Translations under genes and position numbers: made by a program | The notes under the pieces: generated by a model | Seen by the model: the letters and a program-made list of their open reading frames with translations, nothing else | What the model was told of the DNA's origin: nothing | Database searches by the model: none | In this document: piece by piece, positions 49,088-62,240 of the stretch | Layout: each line of letters starts with the position of its first letter | Position numbering within the stretch: the first letter of the stretch is position 1 | NCBI GenBank assembly: GCA_951406725.2 | Contig: OX597821.1 | Span: forward strand, 95,790,001 to 95,854,000 | Direction of reading: 5' to 3' | Length of the DNA: 64,000 nucleotides | DNA from: Octopus vulgaris | Taxonomy: Eukaryota

Positions 49088-50078
49088 TACAATAATATGT
49101 TACATTACTCGATAGTCAAGATAAAACTCTGAGTTTCAGATGCCGAAGTGGAAATCCACAACACCATCTCTTCGGTTATCTGGCTATTTGAAAACGCTAT
49201 GAAAAAATACCGTTATATAAAGGGAAATTACTGTGTTATAACTCTGCTTGCCTGCGTACTTATACATCGCTCGCATTTTTCGTCATAAAAATTATATAAA
49301 AATATATAAAATCTTCTTGGGACATAATATAGAAAGTATGTTCTATCTGTTTTCTTTAGGGAACCAAAAACATAACAGAAATTTAGTCACACGTGGGCAT
49401 GATCCGAAAAGTTCTGTCCTTGTGTTTAGACATGTAGTAGGGTCTAAGCTGCTTTTCCAGATAAGCCATCTCTCCATGTCACATAGACTGCACCTTGGTC
49501 TTTAAGAGATAAAGGTATCGATTATAACATACAATGGAAGATTTTGGCCAGATGTAAGCCCTATACCAACGGCAGCGGAAGGTGCGGTCTATGCGACATG
49601 GAGAGATGGCTTATCTGGAAAAGCAGCTTAGACCCTACTACATGTCTAAATACAAGGACAGAACTTTTCGGATCATGCCCACGTGTGACTAAATTTCTGT
49701 TACGTTTTTGGTCCCCTAAAGAAAACAGATAGAACATGCTTTCTATGTTATATCCCAAGAAGATTTTATATATTTTTATATATTTTTTATGTATTTATAT
49801 AATTTTTATGACGAAAAATGCGAGCGATGTATAAGTACGCAGGCAAGCAGAGTTATAACACAGTAATTTCCCTTTATATAACGGTATTTTTTCATAGCGT
49901 TTTCAAATAGCCAGATAACCGAAGAGATGGTGTTGTGGATTTCCACTTCGGCATCTAAAACTCAGAATTTTATCTTGACTATCGAGTAATGTAACATATT
50001 ATTGTACAGATAAATTTCCTCTATTTACATAATATTGAGGTCTCTTTCTTTCTTTTGTTATCTTACCGTTTTATCAAT
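49088..50078 (+). mobile_element. Young 5'-truncated Penelope-like element with ~410-bp inverted arms
   Basis: Arms 49088-49496 and 49579-50006 are near-identical. 49496-49732 encodes WSLRDKGIDYNIQWKILARCKPYTNGSGRCGLCDMERWLI..LNTRTELFGSCPRVTKFLL, a PLE GIY-YIG C-terminus. Inserted in (TA)n. Confidence 0.85.
49119..49181 (-). ncRNA. Variant type I hammerhead motif (CCGAAGA core) in a Penelope-like inverted arm
   Basis: Minus strand reads AGAUAA-CCGAAGA-GAUG..GUGGA/UCCAC..CAUC-U-GAA-ACUC-A-GAGU-U-UUAUCU. The mirror copy at 49913-49975 (+) has two disrupting substitutions. Confidence 0.5.
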
Positions 50079-50108
50079 ATATATATATACGTGTGTGTAT
50101 ATATATGT

Positions 50109-50373
50109 GGAGGCGCAGTGGCCTAGTGGTTAGGGCAGCGCACTCGCGGTCGCAGGATCGCGGTTTCGATTCCCAGACCGGGCGTTGTGTGTGTTTATTG
50201 AGCGAAAACACTTAAAAGCTCCACGAGGCTCCGGCAGTGGGTGGTGATCCCTGCTGTACTCTTTCACCACTCTTTCTTCTGTTGGCCTGCTCACTTAGCC
50301 AGCGGGGTGGCATCATTCGAAGGCTAAATGGTCTGATGGTCTGGTTGGTCAAGTGGTCAAGTGATCAAGTGAT
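50109..50373 (+). mobile_element. Young CpG-rich tRNA-derived SINE
   Basis: tggcctagtggttag A box, ggtttcgattccc B box and a short tandem tail (tggtcaag); no tRNA acceptor stem. Confidence 0.75.
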
Positions 50374-52399
50374 ATATATGTATGGCCTGCTAGATCAAAG
50401 CTGACCCTGGCATTAAACATCAATATCAATAAAGAATAGAGCTATAAGTACAGAAATAAAGGGTTTTTAAGAATAAAAACAAAAATTCGTTTTATTTTGG
50501 AATATTATTTTATTAGCATTCCCACATCCTTGAAATGTGAGAAGTGCAATTTACGAGCAACATTTCGTTGTTAGTTTATTATGATGAACTGAAAACTATG
50601 AATATGAATATGAGTAGGTGATGGGGTATAAGGGTATTTATGTTAACTTGTACCAGTCATTACAACTGAACAGTCCAACGTTGAATTGATTCACAAATGT
50701 ATTATATATGCAGGCATTGCAGTCTGGTTAAGAAGTTTACTTTACAATTACCTGCTGATGAATTTGCTCCTACTGTGCAGCACATTGCACAAGTGTCACC
50801 TGACTGTACTGGATTGACCAATGCCTTATTAGTATTGAAGCCCATTGGTTGGCCTGGGGCTATACCCAAGTGGGACATTTACCCAAGTGGGACTGAAACC
50901 AAATACATGTGGTTGAAAAGGAAGCTTCTTAACCACACAACCATGTATGAGTATGTATGTTTGCCATGAGAAATATATTGTCTTTGAGAAATTCTTCTTC
51001 ATGAATTCAAGTCATTTACCAAGCAATCGATCATTCCTAGACAAGTCTCCTTTGTTTGAGTCAATAAAGTTCCATAGGTTTTTGAATGTGTGTATTTATA
51101 TGTGCATGTGTGTGAATGTATAAGTCTGTGCATGAGTTGTGTGCATGAATTGCATGCCTGACGATTAGCAGTCCTCATTAGGACAGCTGCCAACTATTAG
51201 CAAAACTTCTGAGTTACAGTCATTAAAATAATTAATAATATTAATAACAATATTAATAATATGACTATATTTGTGAGTCCTTTCTTCAGATAATATACAC
51301 TGTTTTTAAACTTATAAAAAAAATTCTTGAACTATATGTGTGTGTGTGTGTGTGAAAATGAAAATGTCCTGTGACTTTTAATGGGTTGTTAGGTCATTAG
51401 TGAGGGCTCAGTCCCCGTGTCCTTTCTCAGGGGGCATGTCAGTCCAGTGGATCTTTGATATCTGTCTGGGCCATTGCTCAAGAAGAAAATCACCGATACG
51501 AATAAGGAGCAAATGATGCAAAGTGGGATGTCTGGGTTTCAAACCTACCATGCATACTCGGTTATTTTTTGTGGGCGATGGGGGTTGTTTATTGCTATAT
51601 ACATACGTTATGTCTCCAGTTTCAAACATAACCACATGAAGGAAACATGTGTCTAAAATACATACATACATATATATATATATATCTACACATATTCCTA
51701 TTTTATGGAAAGATAACTACACATGCATACCAATATCATCATGATTTTCACCTATATACATAAAATATATGCATTTTTAAATACACAACCACAAGCACAC
51801 AGATGCACAAACATACACTGTTTGAACAGATAACCCCCCTACATACATACACACAAATATACACTGTTTCCACATATATAGCCATGTGCACACTGTACAT
51901 TCTGGCTACTAGAAATACACTAGTTAATGTCACACACATACACACATCCATATTTACACATTCTTCTGACTGTATATCACTCACTATACACATCCTGTCC
52001 AACAATTCATACACATACACATACCTTCACAAATATTTATTCCCCGCTTTACCAAGGCCTGCAGATAAGAGCAGTGTTAATGTTACTGACTAACATTAAG
52101 ACGGAATCATCAGCACACTGGGTGAAATGTTTAGAGGTGTTTCCTCTGTCTTTTATGTTCTGAGTTCAAATTGTGCAGAGGCTGACTTTGTCTTTCGTCA
52201 TTTCAGGGTCTATAAAGTAAGTAGCAGTTGAACACTGGGGTTGATGTAATTGACTTACTTCCTTCCCTGAACTTGCTGGCCTTGTGCCAAAATTTAAAAT
52301 CACTATTACTGACTAACCTTACACATTCTTCCCACTAATTCACACTCAAGTATCGATGCATACACACACTACAGCCATCCCTTGCTTCAGCAATGCTAC

Positions 52400-53655
52400 T
52401 TACACTTCCTCTGTGATCATTTGGTAACTTTCTTCCCCCTTATGTGATGAATGTTTGGGACTTTCCGGTACAGAGGTGACAGTAAACTTTTTCTCCTTGC
52501 CCACCACAACTCGACCCCTTGGCTTATGGAAAAGTGGTTTTAGCCGAAATTTCCGATGTTTATCCTTCGTTTTTTCACGAGTGCTATGGCTGCGTTGAAT
52601 TTCAGTGGGAAAATGCTTGGGAGGAGGAGTAAAGAAAGAAAATGGTCGTGCTACTCTCACTCCTGGGGATGCCTCAAACTGCTCATAGTCGAGAAATTCT
52701 GAATAATGTCCATGCGTTGTAGAGCCATGGAAAGTCTGAGTATTGTCATGGGTGACTATATCTGGGAATGATTGATTGCTTGGTAGTGTTTTGTATGTCT
52801 TCGAACTGAAGTCAAAGTTTCCTGTTGGACTCTGCGAAGATAAATAATAAAAAAGTAATTAAAAAATAGAAAAATGAAAAAAAAATCCCCTTCCCCAAAT
52901 CCTACACTCTCTCTTACTCTTTCTATGCTTTTGTATGTAAGCATATGGATATGAAATAAACAGATCAACATACAGACGGATAGGTACATAGGTTATAAGA
53001 ACAGACAAGCACACATAAACACATACGCAAATGGAGACTGAAACACATGACCATATATACACACACACTTTACTCCACACATGGACACATATAGAGACAT
53101 GGGTCCACACATAAGGAGATGTACACCCATACATACAAACATGGCACATAGTTGCAAAACACACACAAGGAGACAGAGGTGCATACATATACAAACACAC
53201 GCTCACATACACACATACATAGAAAATACACTAACACGGACATGCAAGCACATGAATATGCAGGATACATACATACAGATGCACACACATACATACATAT
53301 ATACATATGCATATACATACATATATATATACAAAAACATGCATACATACATGCATGTATACATAGGTACACACACACTAACCCACATACATTGCGCACA
53401 AACAAACAAAAAGGAACGCAGTGTAAATAACAGACAGAGTCAAGACTATTGAAAAGGTTGCAAGACGCAACGAAGATTTTAGGAAAATAAAAATAAGAAA
53501 TAAGTGGAAATTTTACCGGTGAGTGTGTTACATTATAAGTCACAAAAAGAAAATGACTCTCCCCAGACACAACAGAATATTTCCCATATTATAACACAGG
53601 ATTAAAATGGTATTCCAGTCTTTGTTTTAATGCCTATACATATCTGTGTGTGTGT

Positions 53656-53696
<41 letters not shown>

Positions 53697-56619
53697 AAGG
53701 GTGATAAAATATCAGAACTGAAATTTTGAATTAAATTAGGAAGAAACTTATTCTAAATTATTTTAAATAGGATTGATAGGAAAATATATATTTGGATAAT
53801 TTTCTGTTAAATTTATTGTTAGTTTTGCTGTTTAGCCTAGACTCGTTCTTGAGATCAAGCAGAATGATAATCAAATGTATTCCAGCTGTGGCCATTCCAA
53901 AGGATTCAACCATAATGCATCCATTTTTGAAGCAAATGAAATGTGATTTGAGAAATCTGGATGTTATTTCTAGTAGGTTAAGAGACTACATAGATGATCT
54001 CTCAATAGGTTTACCTAACTAGTCATGACTACTGTCATAAATTAAATCATAAAGTTCAACTTCCTAGAGTAAACAGTCAAACCTCCCTCATATCACATCC
54101 AATAGTTTTAAAAAAAGAGAATGACATATTGAATAGTGTAATCCAAGATGTTTGAAAGAAACGGAGGGGAAGATTACAAATGGAATGTTTTTGTGCATAG
54201 GTTTGTTGTATTAGATCTGACATGCAGTTAAACGATAACCATATTTATTCATGCTATAATAGCATACAACATAATTATGTGTGTGTATGTGTGTACATTC
54301 ATACATGGGTATAACTCCTTCTCTACTACTGAATAATTTCTTTACAGTAAGAGATTATCCACCCAAATTTTCATGAGTCACTGTAGCCAAACAATGGATG
54401 TAATACATGACCTTGTTACCATACTATACTGTAAATCTGATTGATTTAAAATATATTTTGATCACACAAAATGCATTGTTAAAGGGTGCAAAGGTCATTC
54501 ACCAAATACAGGATGTTTGGGCTAAATTTGATTAAATTTTGTCCCCTTTTTTTGTCAGGAACAGCTCAATGTATTGTTGAACAGTCAATCATGTTGAAGA
54601 ATATAAAGATTAAAGATGTAGTTGAGAAAAAGTTAGCTGATATGGAAGACAGGAAGCCATTTGAATAATAGAAAAGAGTTATCTGTATCATGATGGTTCT
54701 CGCTGGGTATGAAAATGCCAGCATCATAACTACTGTGAACACTGTAAAGGTTGTTAAGATGTGACATGGACATCATGAAAATCAAGTTCCCTCAAACTAC
54801 GATGGTCTTTGGGCGTATTTCCTGTAAGGGTAGCATTAAGCTGATGCACATCTTTGAACAGGGCCTTAGGCTCAATTTAGATGGTTATGTGAAGCTGCTG
54901 GAGACTGTGGTCAAATCCTGGCTGGAGAGGGTTGTTGCTGGAAGGCCATATGAGTGGCAGCTGGAAAGAGTCAGAAGTGGTTGTAGGAGAATTTTTACGA
55001 CTTCACCAGCCTCTGTTTCTGGTCTCCTAATTCCTCCGATTGTAATCCGATGGATTATTATATGTGTGGGGTGTAGTTTGAGAAAGATACCAACTGCTCT
55101 GCCTACAACCCCAAGGCCAAGATCAAGGAGGTGTTCAAAGATCTTCCCAGAAATACAGAGAGGAATGCATACACCATACAGCAGGTTCCAGAACCATCTG
55201 CAGGCCATGGTGGAAACTGAAAGTGGCTACTTTGAGTAAACTATTTTCTTTCCCAGCTGTATATTTCATGATATTTTTTGATTTTTGAAAATATTTTGAT
55301 TTTTGGATGGGATATTATTATGTTTTTACCTTTCATGCAAACTTTAAAATTAAGCCCAAACACCCTATATGCTGATGATAAATTTATTTTCATGACAAAT
55401 ACATTAATAAATATATTTGGATGACAAGTACAATTTGATGATAATACATTCTGTTGATAGATCAAATTTGATGATAACTATACATTTTGCTGATAAACAT
55501 ATTTTGATCACAAATTTAAATTTATTTTGATTCTGTTAAATATATATTGATTATAAACACATTTAGAAACATGTCAGATGTGGATAAAGTGATTTAGATT
55601 TGAAGTAATCACTTACTGTAAAATTTATTTTCTGTGTATACATATTCACATGTATATACGTTTATATATATGTCTGTGTGTCCATAAGTTTTTGTCAGTG
55701 AACATAATACACTTTTTTTTTACTCTTTTACTTGTTTCAGTCATTTGACTGCGGCCATGCTGGAGTACTGCCTTTAGTCGGGCAAATCGACCACAGGACT
55801 TATTCTTTGCTAGCCTAGTACTTATTCTATTGATCTCGTTTGCCGAACTGGTAAGTTACGGAGACGTAAACACACCAGCATCGGTGGTCAAGCGATATTA
55901 GGGGGGCAAACACAGACACACAAACACACGCACGCACACACACACATATATATATACATATACATATATACGACGGGTTTTTTTCAGTTTCTGTCTACCA
56001 AATCCACTCACAAGGCTTTGGTCAGCCTGAGGCTATAGTAAAAGACACTTGTCCAAGGTTCCACGTAGTGGGACTGAACCAGGAACCATGTGGCTGGTAA
56101 GCAAGCCTCTTACCACACAGCCACTCCTGCACCTATAATGTGAAAAAGGTGTTCAATTCTAGAGCTGAATACTATACAAAAAGAGGTAAGCACCAAACAA
56201 AATCAAGCTTGTAACACAGTTTCAATACCCATTGTTTGCCAACAATCGTTGACCTAAACTGGAAGGAAGTGAGTCCCAGAACGCACTGAGTCATGATGGA
56301 ATGTCTGGCACTTTTGTTATCATGTAGTAAAACAGTTTAGAAGCCAGATTGGTGGAGTCATCACACTCCATGCCACTCAATGCCATCAGAAATAAAATCA
56401 ATATAAAAACTTCCAAATTTTTCATTTTGTAACAATTCTTTCAATCCTTTTAATATCAACCCACATGAAACTACTTGTGTTCACATTAAAATTGCAATAA
56501 AAATTTTGTTCCCACAGGACTGGTATTTGAGATTTCAGCTGTTGGTTGTTGAACAACAATGTAAGGAAATGCAACAATGCAACATGATTCACTTTGATCT
56601 GATAAAATGGTACAATACA

Positions 56620-56656
<37 letters not shown>

Positions 56657-57549
56657 TTCATATCATTGAGTAGCATATTACTGATATGGAAATATGTACA
56701 TATGCGTACATATGTTGTGTATATATGCTGGAGATATGCTGTGACTTCGAAGACCGGACAAATGAAGTGAGTTCATGGCTTGCAGGACGGCCTGCTGTGC
56801 TAACCTTGGATCGTAGGGCGACCTGCAGTGCTTGAGAGACCTATTGTGTCAAGTTATCAACATCAAATAAAAATCATATGGAACTTGTAGTTAAGACACC
56901 CATGCTGGTGACACGTAAAAAGCACCGTCTGAACGTGGCAGATGCCAGTGTCGCCTGACTGGCGTCCGTGTCAGTGACACATAAAAGCTCCAACCAATTG
57001 TGGCCGTTTGCCAGCCTCCTCTGGCCCCTGTGCCTGTTGCACGTAAAAAGCACAGACTACACTCACGGAGTGGTTAGCATTAGGAAGGGCATCCAGCCGT
57101 AGAAACACTGCCAGATCAGATTGGAGCCTGGTGCACCCTCCTGGCTTCCCAGACCCCGGTCGAACCGTCCAACCCATGCCAGCATGGAAAGCGGACGTTA
57201 AACGATGATGATGATGATGATGTGTGTATGTACAGCCGTTACTTCCTTCTCACCATTCATCTGTTACATTCCAATCACTCATTACTGATGTCTACCACCC
57301 TCTCCTTTTTCAGGCACAATGCATCTAGGACTGTCCAGTTCCATTTATTGGCTCACTACTGATGATGTTGATAGTGTTGGTGATAATGGTGATTATTGAT
57401 GGTGATGAAATGCATAAAATAAGATATAGGATTGAATGGTGCCTCCTTTTTTTTTCTTGTTCTTTCTTCAATGCCCTCTAGATAAACTTGATAGTCTGTT
57501 TGACTTTCTATCAGTCAATCTGTGAATGTGTGTGTGTGTGCATGTATGA

Positions 57550-57612
<63 letters not shown>

Positions 57613-60549
57613 CGTGCATGAAAGAGCTCATTTAGTAATAGATAAAATGTTTACCTTGGGGCTGGGGCTGAATTCTGAATGATTAAATTCATCAGCATAA
57701 AACTGAAACAGAAAAATTTATATATATATATTGCTTAGATATACATATACTGTTTACAATGGATGTAAATATAACATCAGTACTTGGCTCAAATGATGTG
57801 AAGACATACAGAATGCAAACTTCATACAGACACACACACATGTATATATGCAGATATACATGTGTGTGTGTGTGTGTGTGTGCATGCGCATGTGTGTGTA
57901 AACAAGTCAGAGAAAAGAGTACTTGATATTATGAGTGAGATAATCTATTAGAAGTTGAATTTTCATAAAGTGAGGACTTTCTTTTTGCTGAACTTTGAAC
58001 GATTGTGAAAAATAGAACATAAAATATATTCATTAAAATGCATAAAAAGGTATCCAAATAAGATACCGAGCACTAATTGCATAATGGAATATAAGAGTAA
58101 GATATAATTGGCTGACAGGGTATGATGGACCAACGTCCTAGTAAATAGGATGGTGGACAAATCACAAACCCCTTCAGGTAGATGGCCCTGCTTGATTTGT
58201 AGAAAAGACGTAGGTAGAAACTCCACAAGATGTACCAGTGTAAGCTATGGACACATAAGAGGTGCAGCAATATCAAAGGAAGGATAACCGGGAAGATAGT
58301 TCTTGTGTGTGGCAGGTGTATAGGGGTGATAAATACTGAAGATGTACAGAAAACAGATTCCACCACATGTCGGGTGGGGGGGGACTAGAAGTAGTTGATA
58401 GCTTCTGCTACCTAGGTGACCAAGTCTGTAGTGGCGATGGATGCTCTGAGAGTGTTGCCACTAGAATAAGAATAGCCCAGGCAATGTTCAGAAAACTCCT
58501 ACCTCTGCTGGTAACAAAGAGCCTCTCACTCAGAGTGAAAGGTGGACTGTATGATGCATGTGTGTGAACAGCCATGCTACCCAGCAGAGAAACATGGGCC
58601 ATGACTGTTGAGGATAAATATAGGTTTGAAAGAAATGAAGCTAGTATGATCTGCTGGATGTGTAATGTGAGTGGGCATACACGACAGAGTGTAAGCACCC
58701 TGAGAGAAATGTTGGACATAAGAAGCATCAGATGCAGTGTGCAAGAGAGACGACTGCATTGGTATGGCCATGTGTTATGTATGGATGAGGACAGCTAAGT
58801 GAAGAAGTGTCACACTCTAACAGTGGAAGAAACCTGAGGAAAAGGGAGACCCAGAAAGGCATGGGATGAGGTGGTAAAGCACGACCTTCGGACATTTCAC
58901 ATCACAGAGGCAATGACAAGAGACAGAGACCTTTGGAGATATGCTGTGATTGAGAAGACCCAGCAATAAAGTGAGATAACAGCCATGGCTGATACCAGTG
59001 TCACATAACCAGCCCAATTAAAAGTACCCTTGAATCATCGGGCAATATGCTGTGCTTGAGAAGACCTGTTGAGTCAATTGAAATCAAATCGTGGTCAATG
59101 ACCCAGCAAGTAAAGTGAGATCCTAGCCGTGCCAATACCAGTAGCACATAACCAGCCCATTTAAAAGTGCCCTTGAATCATCGAGCGATACGCTGCACTT
59201 GAGAGGACCTATTGAGTCAAGTAAAATCAAAATGGAAATCGTAGTTGTGGGCGATGACAGTGCTGGTGGCATGTAATAAGCACCATTCAAGTGTGAGGCA
59301 ATGCCAGTGGCATGTAAAAATCACCATCTGAATGTGGTCAATGCCAGTGCTGCCTGACTGGCTCCTGTGCTGGTGGCACATAAAAACACTTGGAGTGGTT
59401 GGCATTAGGAAGGGCATCCAGCTGTAGAAACCTTGTCAGATCAGATTGGAGCCTGGTGCAGCCTACTGGCTTGTCAGTCCGCAGTCAAACCGTCCAACGC
59501 ATGCCAGCATGGAAAACGGACGTTAAAGGATGATGACGACGATGATGATGATGATATTGTAAAGGCAAATTGTACAAAAAAATATGATACAATAATGGAG
59601 ATACATAAAATAAAATTAAAATTGATATCTGAAAAATATATAAAAAATGTATTTGTGTGCGTGTGTGTAATATGAAACACCAAATATATTTGATAGTCAA
59701 AATGGCAAAGAATGATAGAATATTTCAGTGTTTAAAACATATTTACTTTCTTTTGTCTCTACGAGTGGCAGCAAGTCCAAGTCAATGGGGGAAATAGTAC
59801 TGGTGACAATATTTTGTTATGCTGGGCTAGAAGACATGATGCAGAGCAAACATCTGAAATGATGTTTCATGGTCTGGACACACACCATGTTAGATGGTAC
59901 GGTGAGGTCTGGAGATCTCTTCAGCTACTTTGGAAATCTGTTTTCTACACAAATTCAGTTGCCATGATTTTATCTTGCTACTGGGCATATTTTATTACAA
60001 CGACAGTAACACTTTGATTGGAAGGACAATTAACAAATGCTAATGCCAGAAGTAGATCCAAAGACTCAGCCTTGAATGATGCAACAATGTCAGTAAGGAT
60101 GATTACTGAAATCTATATGTTTATTCCTGAAGTTTATTATCTATAAGTTTATTATTATAATAAACCTATAAGTTTCATAACATAAAAAACAAGCACTGCT
60201 AATGCGGCAGCAATTTTTTAATCAAACCAGCAACTGAGAATTTATCTTTAAGGCAAATCAGTGTATTAAGTTTAATAAAACTCTTAATAATAGTGTTATA
60301 AATACAAAATCCCCATAGGTAGTGAGAGAAATTTTGTCAGCTTTTTTTTTTTTTACTTGTTTCAGTCATTTGACTGTGGTCATGCTGGAGCACCGCCTTT
60401 TAGTCGAGCAAATCGACCCCGGGACTTATTCTTTGTAAGCCCAGTACTTATTCCATCGGTCTCTTTTGCCGAACTGCTAAGTAACGGGGACGTAAACACA
60501 CCAGCATTGGTTGTCAAGCAATACTAGGGGGACAAACACAGACACGCAA

Positions 60550-60580
<31 letters not shown>

Positions 60581-62240
60581 CATATATACGACAGGCTTCT
60601 TTCAGTTTCCGTCTACCAAATCCACTCACAAGGCATTGGTCGGCTTGGGGCTATAGCAGAAGACACTTGCCCAAGATGCCACGCAGTGGGACTGAACCCG
60701 GAACCATGTAGTTGGTTAGCAAGCTACTTACCACACAGCCACTCCTGCGCCTATTATAAAAATGAAGCAAAGACTAAAACCCCAGAGATTTCTTTTTCTT
60801 TCTGTATGTAGTGAAGGTGTGGAGGCGCGTGGCTTAGTGGTTAGAGTGTCAGCACCATGATCGTAAGATTGTGGTTTCGATTCCTGGACCAGGCGACGCA
60901 TTGTGATCTTGAGCAAAACACTTCATTTCCTGTTGCTCCTGTTCACTCAGAGGGCAAAATTGAGTAACGCTGCGATGGACTGGCATCCCGTCCAGCTGGG
61001 GAACACATATGCCATAGAAACCGGGAAACCAGGCCCATGAGCCTGGCTAGGCTTTAAAAGGGCGCATTTATTATTATTATTATTATTTATGTAGTGAAGG
61101 TGGAATTGATGTTTTGAGGCAGTAACAGATCAGAGCTGAAATATTTTTTGGCCATGAAGGAGAAGTTTAGCCTTTCAGAAGTAAGTTTGGTAATGTTAAT
61201 GTGTGTGAAACAGATGAATAAATAATGAAAGAAAAAGAACGAAAAATGTATAAGCATGACTAATTACCCTTGACAGTTGATTCCTGCGCGTCAAGTTATT
61301 AAGATCCATGGTTCTTTCTTTCTCTAAAAGTTTCTGCAAATAGAGAAAAACGGGTCTAAACACAAACAGAAATTGCTGACGAGACAAGTATTTCTGGCTA
61401 AGAGGTCTGTAAGCAATCTGTCAATAAAATGTAAACAATATTGTTATAGTTATATAGTAAACGATTGGTGTTTGGGAAAGGAGTAGTAATTATTTATATA
61501 GTAGATTCCATCACTGGTCCCATTTGGTGACTATAGATAGGAGAATGGTTTTATAAGAGCCAGCAAGGTTTAGTTTGGACAGAAAAGGGGTCCAAAAGGG
61601 TTGAGATGTTATGCATAGAAGTAATGCCCAAAATGGCTCAGCTATTAATTAAAGTTCTGAAAAAAAGGAAAAGAATGAGGAAAGGTGTGTGTGCAAAGAA
61701 TATGTAGCTTGATATAGTATTGAACATGAAGGAAACATTCTTATACATTTTGTATTGGGTCCATATGATCAGCTAAACCCCTTATATGTGCTTCCTCCTC
61801 ATAGCCACAGTGAAAACAGTGAAATGTAAAATAATAAATAGAAAACTTGATCCATTTTTTGATAGAATGGCTATGAGGGTGGGCTGGTAAGTTCATAGGC
61901 TGACTATGAAAGAGTGATGCCAGAGCTGTAAGAAAACTTCAAAAATAACTAGCAGTGACTTCTCCAGAAGATGGATGAAGATGGTGTTATCAAGTACCTG
62001 TACAAAAATGGTTTAGCCCCAAAAGACATTCATACTGACAAGGATATTACATTAGGAGATAATACTCCAGATTTAACACTGCCATGCCTGCACTTATACG
62101 AACAATGTAACATTAAAAATACTCAGTACAAATTGGAATATGACACAGAACTGTATACATGCAGCACTCCTCACCTGATATTCTGTAATAAAAGACAAAG
62201 ATTCTGGGCCCTTCATAGTCTTGTAGGAATCCCTGGCCAC
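52400..62240 (-). CDS. DUF389-domain protein copy 2, convergent paralogue; only the last three exons are in the window
   Basis: Exons 62175-62240 (VARDSYKTMKGPESLSFITEYQ), 61268-61333 (KLLEKERTMDLNNLTRRNQLSR) and 52400-52831 (SPTGNFDFSSKTYKT...YQMITEEV*). Splice sites and frame are intact, with no indels relative to copy 1. Upstream exons are expected beyond 64000. Confidence 0.8.
54700..55240 (+). mobile_element. Tc1/mariner (maT/DD37D-like) transposase remnant (duplicated copy)
   Basis: KFPQTTMVFGRISCKG..GLRLNLDGYVKLLETVVKSW..SRFQNHLQAMVETESGYFE. Confidence 0.75.
55712..56133 (-). mobile_element. SINE family A (duplicated copy)
   Basis: Mirror of 33336-33758. Confidence 0.85.
58090..59555 (+). 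mobile_element. RTE LINE 3' part with (GAT)n tail (duplicated copy)
   Basis: Mirror of 30065-31500; contains ERRLHWYGHVL. Confidence 0.85.
60342..60751 (-). mobile_element. SINE family A, right-arm specific
   Basis: Empty site at ~29270-29280 in the left arm. Confidence 0.85.
60821..61088 (+). mobile_element. SINE family D (duplicated copy)
   Basis: tggcttagtggttag..ggtttcgattcc head; flanking atgtagtgaagg TSD. Confidence 0.85.
61872..62080 (+). mobile_element. mariner 5' end remnant
   Basis: TIR-like tatgagggtgggctggtaagttc followed by VIKYLYKNGLAPKDIH..TLGDNTP; a shorter mirror copy lies at ~27955-28125. Confidence 0.65.

Noticed and set aside
50109-50185. tRNA gene
   Set aside because: A and B boxes are present, but there is no acceptor stem and it runs into a SINE body and tail.
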